64,000 nt of DNA, taken from positions 1 through 64,000 of the forward strand of contig JAPETS010000037.1 of the NCBI GenBank assembly GCA_026023565.1, given 5' to 3'. Position numbers and translations under genes: made by a program. This DNA is from Cirrosporium novae-zelandiae (taxonomy: Eukaryota). The notes under the pieces were generated by a model. It ran no database searches. It worked only from the letters and a program-made list of their open reading frames with translations, and had not been told where the DNA came from. Below, piece by piece: positions 1 to 12,339 of this stretch (position 1 is its first letter; each line of letters begins with the position of its first letter).

Positions 1-401
1 TGATGTAAAAAAGGACGATGGGAAAAGAAGAGGGTGAGGGTCGCGCGAGAGGTCACGTGCACTATCCAACTCACCCTGCTAGGGCGGCAGTGTCTGGGTG
101 AGGGCTTCGCAGATATATGTTCCGTTTTGTTACCTACCTATGAGACTATGAATTGATATGATAAGCTTGCCCTAGATGACTAGGGTACCCTACCATGATT
201 TCGATCCACATGCTATGATTATATTTCTTTGATCCAGTGTCTTATTAATAGGTTCTCCGTACTGGCTGTAACCATTGACCATTGATATTACAACGCGATA
301 AGCTAGCTAACTGAAAGGAAATGAAAAAACGAGCCGTGGTCGTGCTATAAGCTCTACAATATCAATCCTCACCAGCAGTCTATGCAAAAACCCCACAGCC
401 C

Positions 402-2136
402 TCACTCCGCCTCCCTAAAACTAATAACCTTCCCAAACGTATCTGCCATACCCCAAATCCCACTCCTCAAGCAACTCAACTGGACAATCTGACTATGATC
501 GACAAACAAATTAACATCGACGCCAAACTCCCTAACATAGTAATTAAACACCTTCGGATCCGCCGCCTCGAACATGACCTTCTCCCTCGGCAAGCCCTCC
601 ATGATACTCTGAATGACATCCGTGCGCCAAGCACTAACATTCTCGGTAATGCCCTCGGATTCAATCATAATGCGCTCAACGCCCGCAGCGACGAACTTCT
701 CACCCAGCTGCAGCACCTTGGTCGGGGAGGACGTGCCCGTGGATTCCAGAGCCGTGGTGTCCGTGTCGCCGCCGGCACCGAATTGGATCCCGAGCTCCGG
801 CTTGGCTTGGAGGTTGTGGGAGTGGACCCTGTCGACTAGGCGGAGCCAGTCTGAGGGGGGGAGGAAGAGAAAGCCCGAGGAGAGCTCGACTACGTCGAAT
901 CTGCGTATTGGGAGGGGGTTTTGTTTACTGTTAGTATGATTGATTGTACATGGTATGTGCTATGCGTTGTTGTGCGTGAAGTGAGGGAGGGGCCACGGAA
1001 ATGACGGAGATAATTTTTTTCTTAGGTAGGTAAATTTCAAACGGGCCCGATGCGATTTTGCTAAGTTGGCTTGCCTTGCCCAACTATCTATCGCTTCGGG
1101 GGAAAAAATTTCAATGAAATTAAGTGGTTTCTTTTTATGTTTGCGGTCCTAAAATCTCGGGTAATACCCTCGGGGGACTGATGAAAAGAAAATGATATGG
1201 ATAGGTACTAACCCTACATCTTTACACTTCTGTAGGTATTTATCTGCGACGGTATTGATGTCTGGATGGGTAAGGAGGTGCTCCATAAACCCGCCCTATG
1301 GTTTTAGAGAGAGACTGGTTAGCAAAGGTAAAAAGAAATCGAGATCATCCAACTCGAAATTGATATGGAAGAAATGCGAATGACAGCGTAGTGTTCAACA
1401 TGCAAGACCAATATCAGGAATGGCTTTTGGGAAAAGCCACCAAGCACGATATCTAAACCGCGTCATATTTTTTTGCGAATTCGGGTTGTTCCATCGATTT
1501 TGTACAGCACACTAGGTGGTGATGTATATACCGTGGAAACATAGACATTGTGACTATGCGCCAATTCAATCAATTCTCTGAGCTCATTCTCGGGAAAGAG
1601 TGTAAAAGAACCCCCTGCAAATTTCAGGCCGTCGATGTGATAGCCCATCCTAGTCGCACACGGTTAGCTAATTATGGGATGGGAACTCGATCGAGCGAGC
1701 GACTAAGCTAAAAAAGCAAGGTTTCCCAATGAACGAATCCACACATCAACCTTTTGCACCGTGTGCTGCTGCCGAACACCAGTATGATATACTCACGTAC
1801 GTTTCTAGAATATCAGAGAGATATCGCTTTCCCATAACCTATAAAATCAATGCGTGATGCATATCGCTTAGCGATCCGTGGTATACAAAATTAGTTTTTT
1901 ACAACAGAGAATTTCCATCCTGAGTAATAAGGACCTCGAATTTCCGTGACGCCATTCCTTCTAGGCTTTGGGGGCCTGGGATTTGACCTAACGAACCCGA
2001 AGCCATTTTCCTTATCTTGGAGCAGAATTTTGGGCCCTGCAGCTGCGAGGGAGCGGGTGGTGGTAGAGAGATGACGGGTTATCAGAGGACGGGAGAGGAG
2101 GGATGGGGCTGGTTTAAAAGCGCGCAAAAAGGACAT
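402..2136 (-). CDS. Phosphosulfolactate synthase (ComA)/HSA32-like TIM-barrel protein with mitochondrial-type presequence; 5 exons (2136-1921, 1838-1801, 1649-1532, 1295-1213, 900-402)
   Basis: Spliced product has ComA-family motifs KPRRNGVTEIRGPYY, IDGLKFAGGSF, VSTGGFMEH, FDVVELSSGF, IMIESEGITE, VMFEAADP, VNLFVD, LSCLRSGIWG; N-terminus is Arg/Ser/Thr/Leu-rich with no acidic residues. First donor is uncertain (see findings). Confidence 0.85.
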
Positions 2137-2795
2137 TTCTGGGGAAACTCTTATGCTCTTTGGCAGAATTATTCACAGGTTGGTTCTATGCTAGGAACTT
2201 TTGAATTACAAGAAGAAAAGAGATGAAAGTGTGATTCGAAGACCACAACTATTTTTTTAATGAGAAGCCTTGGAATAATTGTGATGTTGAGGTGCTCGGA
2301 AACATCAGTCTGACATCACAATGATGATCACCTCTCTATATCAAGTTCTCATCGACGATGATGATGTTAAAGAGGTCCAGTGAATTTCGATGGTGGACAT
2401 TTAGTCAGGGTACATCGCTGTTATCTTTTAGAATGGGGGAAATGCTATCGAAGTACGACGACAATGATATGTCTATGCATCCGAAAGTTGAATGTTGACA
2501 TGGAAAGTCAATGTTTTGATGGGTTCGGGCGGAAAGAAAATGCCGAGATGCGGGTAGCCCTACAAAACTATAAAAAGGTCCCCCCCAAAGAAGTGCCAGG
2601 GGGCCTAGGACCTAGGAGCACCAGGATTCTGGCGTCATTTATTTTGTTTTGAATCGACATTCAATAAAAATAGAATCGAGATATATTAAATCCACATGTC
2701 AGTTCTTGACATATCTGGAAGAAGGTTGGTGGTTTTCATATGTTTGCATGTTTGCGTGTTTGCTGTTTCAAGTGTTTCTAGCTTTTCTCTATCTG

Positions 2796-2838
2796 TGTTG
2801 TGTGTGTGTGTGTGAGTGTGTGTGTGAATGTGTGTGTG
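2796..2838. repeat. (TG)n microsatellite, imperfect
   Basis: gttgtgtgtgtgtgtgtgagtgtgtgtgtgaatgtgtgtgtg. Confidence 0.9.
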
Positions 2839-3859
2839 GGTTGTACTGGGATTCTCCTGGATGTGGTATGCAGGTACCTGGAAGAAACAAGTCTCGGCGA
2901 ACTTGATGAAGCAACCGTCCGTGCTATGTTACTGTGTAGAAATGAATCAATACACAAAGAATGGGAGACGGCATGGCTATCCGCTGTCAAATGTCCAAAA
3001 CCGGGACCCGACAAGTCCGAAAAGAAATGACAATTCCCTTCTGGGTTCCCTTCTGGCGGTACCCGGTTGTTGAATGCCAAGCCGCCTTCATGTACGGGAC
3101 TTCTTTCTCCTTCTCCTTCATCTGATAAAGGATTACTTTGGTATACTTAGGTAATCGAGGTAGTTGCTGCGATTGTCGGAAATATACAACACACATAAGT
3201 AAGTAATGCCCTTTAATAACTAGGAAGGGGCTCCTAAGTTACCTAGGTAGTTTTTGTTCGTATTTTTGAATGGATTTAACTCAAGTATGAAGAGCTGAAA
3301 ATTTCAGCTTCCTTTCAGTTTAATTAGTCCAAGTTCCCCTGAATCCGATAAAGTAAAGCCGAGTCCGGGATCTTCAAGATACTTGGTAGATTAGCTGGGG
3401 GGAGGGGAGGGATGAAGGATGGTGGTGATAATTAGGGGGGGGGGATTAAGATGGTGGCGCCTCGATTTTAGCCAATGGCCATTCACGACTTGTCGGAAAT
3501 AGGCGAATGAGTTTCTGAATTTCATCTTGAAATTTCATTGTTTGGATGGTAGAAAATAAGAGAACTCAAGGATCATGCATCCATACCTTAAGTTATTATC
3601 ATATCGAATCAGAGGAAAATTGACATGGCAACACGGAAGAAAAATGACTACCTTGCTATGTGGTTGATTCCTTTTGGACAACACAGTCAAGTTAGCATTA
3701 GTCTTATTATACTTAGACTAGTTTGTCACAAGAGAAAAGCCGAATGTGGATAGAATCAAAAAGAAGACTAAAAACTAAAAACTAAAAGAATAAACAAAAA
3801 TAAACAGCTCAAACAATGGTGTATACTCCAATAAGAATTCAGAGTCTGTTCTCATGGAG

Positions 3860-4345
3860 CCTCATGCTTCTTTCACAGGAACCCGCATGAGTGCATGGGC
3901 GTATCCAACCTAATGAGTCCATTGTAACGACCTCCAATACCTTTTCATCCTTTGACTTTCAACCCCAGCCTTTCTGTAACAAGAACCACAACCCACAACC
4001 AAGCACCAACAGTGGCCGCTTGTTTACTTTATTGACTCCGTGGTACTTTTCATCATTTGCTGATCCCCACAACACATCACTAACAGGCTCTAATCAGCCA
4101 GCCAGCCTCTGTTCCTCATGCGGCATTAGATATGGTATCATGGTATTATTCCATGGGCCCAATGGCCCATGACACTTTCCCCTCCTCCTGCAAGCATCTC
4201 CTACAAGTATGATGAATATCTATCTATCATTGCCACTGCCACTCTCTCTGCCACTTTTACTGTCACTGCCACTTCCTTCTATGCACTTCCCCTCCTTCAT
4301 GTGCAATGTTGAACAGCAGTCCTTACCATCTCTAATTACTTTCTG
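3860..4345. pseudogene. CpG-depleted decayed coding or transposon-like relic
   Basis: Very few CpG and many TG/CA; a minus-strand frame is interrupted mainly by TGA codons (possible CGA>TGA); ccactgcca runs resemble deaminated CCG repeats. Identity unknown. Confidence 0.3.
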
Positions 4346-4805
4346 CTATCCTACTTTTTTCTGACATCTGGGATGTCTCTGCCATAAGTCCGCGCCTCGA
4401 ATAACCGCCGGTATCAGGTCCAAATCCAATTTCCCAGTGCTAACTGCAGGTTGATTCCTTTGCGGCGCTACCATCCAGTCAGCTCCCTTGAATTCTATCA
4501 CGAAGCACCAATAATAAGTTGACGCCAGGAGAAATTGGTCTCCGAGCCTCATCAGATTTGCGTCTTTACTCCTACGTCAGAACAGCCGCACAGACGCATT
4601 TTTATGCGCTGGAGAGCTGTACTCCAATCGTAACCTGTTTTATCCACCACAATATCACCTCGACGAAACTGCCGCTGGCTGTGAAGACTGTGCCTGGGGA
4701 GCGCGTTTGGTGGGACACCGCATTGAACATCTGGTTTATGTACAACTGTTTCAGATATACGCGCAAACAACATCTTTATAATCATAATTCCAACCTTTGA
4801 TAAAT

Positions 4806-6759
4806 ATGACGTTCTCTACGACTTTAATGACTTTCTATCTGTCAGTTTTACCTTGTTTTTAGTCTCATATTTGCTCCGGCTGATATCAATTCAGAGAAAC
4901 CCCGCCCGACGTGAGCTTGGTGCAATTATTTGGATCGTGGGATAACTTTTCTCAACCTTACAATATGGAGAAGGATTCTCGGATTGCTCGTGGGCAGTGG
5001 AAGGGATGTCATAATTTCCGGAACATTATCTGCGACGGGAAAGCCATGACACCAGGTATGAAAAGGGAAGGAGGCTTGAAAATGGGAGGGAAATATTGGT
5101 ATTATGTGAGTAGTCAAGCATCTCGACATATCTTATGTTCAATTGGAAGAGATCTAGGTTGACATGGTTTAGTATCGGCTCGACGATGATACCGATTCGT
5201 TCAATCCTAATTTGCCAACCACCACTACCTGCCCATTCCTGCCTGGTCAGGTCGTAAACATACTGGATGTTCCTATCCATATTGGCTGCGACGAAATTCA
5301 AGATGACGATAGTTATGTCCTAGCTCCTTGGACGATGAACCCCCAGGACAAATATCTGAATCCTCGACCGCCTCCAGAAAAACCAAGGGTCCTCCGGTTA
5401 GCTACCTCTGCTCTGCCATTGAGACCTCCAAGTGCTAGTACACATGGAAGCCGAAGTAGCTCTCGTTCAGACTCTCGGTCACAGGATGCCACCGTTAGGA
5501 GTGATCGTCATCTTCTTTCTGCTCATCAACGGCCAGACCATAGAAAAGGTAGATCACTCTCTCCAAGGCCTTTTGAAAAGTTCCGTACAGCAGTCGCTTC
5601 CCACAGGAAGACACGGTCTGTTGGTTCGGATTCAACCAATGCTCCATGCCATCAGAATTGTCCTAGGGACGTTCCATTACTCAAGATAGGCGAGCCAGTA
5701 TTGATTAGCCGGACCGATAATGGCCGACATTGCCTTCCAATTTCAGCTCCCAATACTTCTCCATCCCCTAGGAACTCCATTCCTACGGAATTGTCTAGTA
5801 CCGAAAAGCCTTGGGTCGCCCTCTCAACCGAAGCGAGAAGTTCAGTAACGAGAAATGTACGAACTTCGGAAGTCACAACAATTTGTACTGACATCCAAGA
5901 TTTTGCTGTGTCTCCGAGTTTGCGCAGCACGGTTGGAAGCGAACCAAGCGAAAATGATCAATTTGGTGTATCCACACAATTTTCGAGAACATTTCAAACG
6001 GATAAGAAACTACCTTCACTCCCCAGCAGTCCTTCATCTGTAGTAGAAGGGTCCCCTGCCTTTTACGATTACCCTAAGGTACGACCAGAACTTCGAAGTC
6101 ATTTTTCTGATTGGACGGTTACGACGGCTGCAGGTTCGGAATCTACGTGTCCTGTCTCACCCTGTGAAAGCGTACCTTCTTTTTCCGGTGTGCCTCCGTT
6201 TCGGCCTCTAACATTAACCACAAATTTTGACAACGAAATTGCCTCTCTAAGCTCTCTTGCTGCACAGCCAGAAAGCCCTGAATTCAGCGAACTAAGTGAT
6301 ATCATGTCTGACGATCAGTGCTCCTCTGCTGCACTATCACGACCCGCTTCTAGTGACTGGGGATCTTCCTCTTATCAGTCAGAGCGGCTGGAGCTGGAGC
6401 TGGAGGTTGCCATACACGGACTGAGGATTGATAATGCAGCCGCCGTGTCACCTGATGATAAAAGCGAAACAAAACAAGAATCACAATTATATTCTTTGCC
6501 TGCTGACCAGTATGATTCACAACTAACTGTAAGACGGCAATCAAGAATAAGTGTCAACAGTGGATTCCAAGTCTATTCTCTCCCAGAAAGCGAACATACC
6601 TCCCAACTGACATTGAGAAAATCGAGTCTTGGAAATGGGCTACCAACCTTGCCCCCTTTGCCAGGGCTAGGAGGCCACGTCGAGGATGACGATAATAGAG
6701 CCAGCCTAGTACAACAAATTTTCGATGAACTTGGATACTTGGGCGATGCAATTGCATGA
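4806..6759 (+). CDS. Hypothetical protein with N-terminal CBM48/AMPK-beta-like Ig domain and long Ser/Pro-rich tail; exons 4806-4840, 4895-5105, 5173-6759
   Basis: VQLFGSWDNF...GGLKMGGKYWYYYRLDD motif after splicing at GTCAGT..CAG and GTGAGT..TAG; continues in frame into the 515-aa ORF. Confidence 0.75.
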
Positions 6760-7904
6760 TGGGGGAGATGGAAATAAAGCTGCTGGGCAACGAAGATACA
6801 CATTTACTTCATTCTGACCTGAACGCTCTACTTTGCCTATGGTTTATTAACCGGGCTTGTTTGAGCTTTATTATATTTATACCACTATGTCCTTTTATTT
6901 ACACGAGCAAAGGACTTTTTTTTTTCTTTGCCTCTTGCATATATACGATATTATGCTCGTTCCTTTTGATCTGGTGGATTGATGCTGATTGAAGACGCTT
7001 ATTGAAGTGATATTGGAGGAAATTAAAGAAGGGAGAAATATACACGAAAGCCAAGGGTATGCTTTTGCAGGCTTGGAATCGAACTAAGCTTAAGGATATA
7101 CCTATATAGCTTGAAGCTTAGGAGATTTGTGAGTTTCAGAGGTAGAATTTGGTGGCTTTGCGTGGACAATACTTTGTACTTATATTCTGTATAAATAGAA
7201 CATATAAAATATGAAAAACCTTTGAGAGGATAATTTCTTGTAGCTATGGAGTCTCATTTGTTAATGTGATGAGTCGTTAGTTGGTTGTACCAATGTACAG
7301 CAACAATAGTGCCGTGCTTGACGGACCGAGGGACCCCCCAATGCAAGTCCATAAAGCCGCCCTCAGGCCGCCCTCCCACCGCACCTACATGGAATGCCTA
7401 GATTTTTGTTTTTCCACATCGTGACGACGGGAATGGTCAAGTCATTCTTGGTTAGCATGGTTAACAGCATGCATTTGATTTCCTGCCATGGAACATCAAC
7501 GGACTAGCCTAGTTCTCCTAGCATACGAATATACATACACATTAGTCTTCTACCCTTTGAAAACATTACTCACGCAACCATATTTCATCGGGTGGTGGGA
7601 ACGAAGCCACTTGAAATCCAAAGTGATCTTATTGAGTTATCTGGCAAACATGGCACAGATATAGTTGCAGTGCATTGAAGTTATGACTCATGGAATCAAA
7701 TGTGTTCTGAACTACCTGGGTAGGTGATCTAGGCCCTACGCGCCCTACTGTATATATATATTTGAAGTAACCAGACATCTACAATCCAAATAATTATTTC
7801 CACCTCAACCTTATCCCTCATTAAATAAATATAGAGAGCAAAGTGTGTTGACCGACAGCCTATGCACACAGTAGCAATACTACACAAGAACACGATTTAC
7901 AGCC

Positions 7905-8754
7905 ATGCACATCCGTCCGGCCAAACCCTCCGATTTTTCTACGGTTGCTGATTTCGGGGCTAAGGGATTTTGGAACGATGTTGTTTTCGAATGGCTACAT
8001 CCCCGCAAGGAAGAATACCCTGAGCATTTTCGCAATTCCATATTACAAAGACGTCTAGCTCAATATTATTCTGGCTACCAGCTGTTCGTGATCGAGCTTG
8101 ACCCAGACGACGAGGGATACGATGGGGAGGGTAGGGTCGTAGGCATTTCGATATGGCACCGGGTTGGGAAAAGTGCTGTAGCTCGGAAATGGCAGTATAC
8201 CCCTCTTACATATAGTTGAGTGGAGCAGTTATTCTAAGCATTATGGGAGAAGGGAAACTTATCTCGTGAACCGCGTAGAAATCGAATCGTTCCTCCGTAC
8301 CGTTCAGTTCAAATACTGGGACATTATTACAGCCGACAAATCGGTTAATTATGCGCGCACTCGCAGCTTCAACGCATCGCCCTCAAAATTCGACAACATT
8401 GATGAACATTGGCATCTGCACTACCTCAGCGTCGATCCAGGATTCCAGTGCCGAGGCATCGGTGGCCGGTTGCTGCAGTGGGGGTTGGAGCAAGCGCAGA
8501 AGGAAGGTGTACCTGTCACTTTGCATGCGAGTCCCATAGGAGCCTGTTTATACAGGAGGAGAGGGTTTCGGTTGTATGGTAACGAACCTCCGATTGATGG
8601 GGTTTATTTTGAAGGATATTGTTTCATATGGGAGCCAAAGGGAATGGAAGGGCGGTGGGGTTATTGCGACAATATATCAAGTATCCAGGAGGAGGAGGCC
8701 TTGAAAGAGCTTGAGAAAGCATTAGATGAGAAGATTAGCTCCTTTAAGTCTTGA
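7905..8754 (+). CDS. GNAT family N-acetyltransferase; intron 8215-8278
   Basis: MHIRPAKPSD start, WHLHYLSVDPGFQCRGIG (acetyl-CoA motif A), LHASPIGACLYRRRGF (motif B); the two ORFs join in frame via GTTGAG..TAG. Confidence 0.85.
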
Positions 8755-9029
8755 AGTGAGGTTTAAACATCTTTAGGTTGAAGTTCTTTGCCAACAGTTT
8801 CTGTAAATATCTAGAGTAGGAATCAACTACCAGATGTGTAGAAATGTATTGCATTGCATATACGAGAAAATGAACACCTACTGAAGCTGTGTCATAGGCC
8901 AACCTTTACTATCTACTTGACTGACTACCAGTACATGAACATGTAGCCTTCAAGACAACCTCACATTGACAGCAAACTGCTAGATCTCTTCTTCAATTTC
9001 TCACGTAAAGCGAAAATAATGATGAAAAG

Positions 9030-9179
9030 AATAATCCCCTAAAGGATAAGCCATCAAAAATTACGAGTCCGAGGAGCCCGAAGACTACTCGAGGGGCATC
9101 ACCGCCGCGCTGTGCAATGCAGGGTTCTGCCCTTGAAGAACCGCCTTTTTGATCGCGGTTTTCGACTCAAGGTAAGTAT
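9030..9179 (-). ncRNA. U1: U1 spliceosomal snRNA
   Basis: Reverse complement starts ATACTTACCTT; closing stem GAGTC/GACTC; SL1 AACCGC-GATCAAAAAG-GCGGTT (U1-70K loop); SL2 with CATTGCAC (U1A loop); SL3 with UUCG loop; Sm site AATTTTTG followed by terminal hairpin. 3' end approximate. Confidence 0.93.
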
Positions 9180-9514
9180 GAAGAAGAAAAGAAAAAAGAA
9201 GAGGAAAGGAAGGGAAATGAGAAGAAATTTATAGGTAAAGGGAAGGTCTGTGCGGACTCTAGGCAGCAGTTTGCTCTGTTTGATGAATACGGTACCCCAC
9301 CATCATTGATCGGTGCCAAACTCCTCCGATTCGCCGTGGGTATTCTCTCAGCAAGAGGGAAAAAAATGAATGTCTGCATGTAATTACAACTAACTCAGCC
9401 TTCCAATGCTAGCGAACTGACTTTGAAATTGACCATTTTCCTTCAATTGGTAGCTCAGAGATACCTGAAGTGAATACTGTATTTATTTAGGTATAGTAAT
9501 TTACATAAGTAAAC

Positions 9515-12047
9515 ATGGATTCCGAGGATTTGCCACGAAAACGTCAGAAGCTCTCCAACGAGCATACCTTGGAGAGCACAACAGAGTCAGCTTCAGCAGA
9601 TGTGAGCATGGAAGACGCTTCTCATGTTCAAGCACCTCTAGAGGAGGCCAATACCCAGAACATTATGGATGAGCAACGGGACAAGGAGGCTGAAGCTGGT
9701 ATTACTGAGTATATCAAGCCTGACATTCCTGGGTTCGCTGGTATATTGAAGAAGAGGTACGACCGCAATTCCTCTCCATAAGTTTTCCTCTTCATAAGTT
9801 TGAGTATGAGTGATGCGGCTCTGTATAAATTTCCTCCTGACATATATCTAGATACGCGGACTTTCTTGTAAATGAGATATCTTCCTCCGGTGAAGTTTTA
9901 CATTTGCGCGATCTCAAAGCCCCCAAGAAGGCCAAAAGCGATGACCAGACCCAGTCAACTTCTACTTCAAGTGCTCCTTTGGATGTGGATGATGATAAGC
10001 CCGTAACACCAAAATCCCAAGAGGCGACATCAGAACAAGCTACCAACAGTACAGTTGAAACCTCCGCAATCACTGCAAAGGAACCCTCTAAATCTGACGA
10101 CCGTGATGCTGCGAAGAGCTCAACTTTCGAAGTAAGTTCTTATTGTACGGTCTTTTTGTTTGATACTGATTGGTAATGCAGGTGTCAGCGGACGATAGTG
10201 CACTCTTACACTCATTCTTCGACGACAAGATAGTTAAATCTATTATTGCTCTCCATGAGGACATTCTTGCAAACCCCAAGAAAAAATCTCGTGATCACAA
10301 GACTATCGTAGCCTCTGCTATTACTGATAAAGAGCTTCGAACCAAGATTCATCAGAATATGCGACGCATCTTTGCATCTAAGCTTGAAACATCTACAGAT
10401 GGTGAGGGTGTCATGACAATTTCTGCTTCCTCTCAAGGTCGTTCAGGCGGTGGCAGGAGTAACAACCGAAATTCTAATTTCAAAGGTAGGGTGAGTTGGC
10501 TAGAACTCGGAGGCGAATATCTCCATTTCACAATCTTCAAGGAGAATAAAGATACTATGGAGGTCATGGCATATCTAGCTCGCCAGCTGAGGTTGCCTCC
10601 CAAAAACTTTCAGTTCGCTGGAACCAAAGATCGGAGAGCTATCACTGTCCAGCGAGCGAGCGTTTACAGAGTCTTCGCTGACCGTATTGCGGGTTTGAAC
10701 AAGACACTACGCAATGCTGCGGTTGGAGATTTCGAGTACTGTCCCCAAGGACTAGAACTTGGAGACCTTACGGGAAATGAATTTCTGATCACTCTTAGAG
10801 ACTGCCATTTTCCCGGGGAGGAGAATATGACACCACCAGCACGCCTAGACCTAGCAAAGAAGATCGTCTCTTCTTCTGTTTCCGAGTTTCAGAATAGAGG
10901 ATTCATCAACTACTATGGCCTGCAGCGCTTTGGCACCTTTAGTTCTAGTACAGACAGCGTTGGTGTGAAGATGCTTCAAGAAGACTTCAAGGGTGCATGT
11001 AATGCAATTCTGTCTTTCAAACAAGAGACTTTAAATGCCGCAAAAGATCCTCTTTCGACGGGCAACGATCGTATTTCTAGGGACGACAAGGCGCGAGCAT
11101 ATGCGATTGATCTGTTCCAGCAGTCAGGAAAAGTCACTGCGGCGCTTGATGCTTTACCCCGGAAGTTTTCTGCAGAATCCTGTATTATCCGTCATCTTGG
11201 TCGACGTGAATGCGCCAAGGATTTTCAAGGAGCACTCCGAGATATTCCAAGGAATTTACGGCTAATGTATGTTCATTCATATCAGTCCCTTGTATGGAAT
11301 GTTGCTTCTAGTGAACGTTGGAAGCGTTATGGAGATAAAGTGGTAGAGGGAGACTTGGTTCTTGTCAATGAGCACAAAGACAAGGTTACAAGCGAACAAG
11401 AGGACACCGTTGATGCAGAAGGAGAGGTTGTAATTCATCCTAGTGGTGAAGACCGAGCGATGGATGCAGACGATCGGTTCGAGCGCGCTCGTGCCTTGAC
11501 AGCCGAGGAAGCATCATCTAGTTTCTACACCATTTTTGACATTGTCCTCCCACTTCCAGGATTCGATGTCCTCTATCCATCCAACATGGTCGAATTCTAT
11601 AAATCATTCATGTCAAGCGAGCGCGGCGGCGGTCTGGATCCCTTCAACATGCGTCGCGGTTGGAAGGACATTAGTCTCAGCGGTGGATATCGAAAACTTC
11701 TCGGAAGACCCGGCCCGAACCCTTCATTCGAAGCACACCTCTACAAGAAAGACGACGAGCAGTTTGTGGAAACAGATCTGGAAGTGATTAGGAAGAGCGG
11801 AGGAAAGGTCAGCAATTCTTGTCTAGCTACTCCACTCGTCGATGATGCTGGCGAGGGTGGCAATGCTAAGAGGGATGAACCAAAGGAAGAAAAAGACAAA
11901 GTGGAGGAAGAAGAAGAAGAAGAGAAAATTGCCGTGGTTCTGAAGTTCCAGCTTGGTTCGAGTCAATATGCCACAATGGCTCTGAGAGAGCTGGCCAAGT
12001 CAGGAGGAATCCGAACATACAAACCTGATTTTGGCGGAGGGAGGTGA
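9515..12047 (+). CDS. PUS7: Multisubstrate pseudouridine synthase 7 (TruD family); introns 9757-9851, 10132-10181
   Basis: GILKKRYADFLVNEI, FAGTKDRRAITVQ (catalytic Asp), GNEFLITLR, GFINYYGLQRFG, YVHSYQSLVWN, SSQYATMALREL. Confidence 0.95.
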
Positions 12048-12339
12048 AAAAGCCCTGACCAACCGCCTCAATGACCTACCTACCCAGGTACCTTACTACT
12101 AGATGGATGGTAAATGACCATGAATAAATAGGCCTCCTCTCCCTAGCTTAGGTTAAGGTTTGCTCATCACCTTTTTATTGACAGATAGAATCATAAAACG
12201 ATGATGTCCAACCAAAAGGAAATAGAAAAAAAAATATAATTGCAAAAAAAACTTTGTGAAAAGTAAACGTGCTTTGGGCTTTGGGGACCCTCACCTCAAA
12301 TATCAGTGTTCATAAATGAAATAGCTAGATCCTAGATCC

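Noticed and set aside
1791..1800. GTACGTGAGT tandem donors as a possible stwintron
   Set aside because: No convincing internal branch point/acceptor that would rebuild an external donor; simple splicing at GTACGT restores the frame.
2649..3196. Several overlapping short ORFs around the TG repeat
   Set aside because: Largely microsatellite translations; no recognisable domain or coherent exon chain.
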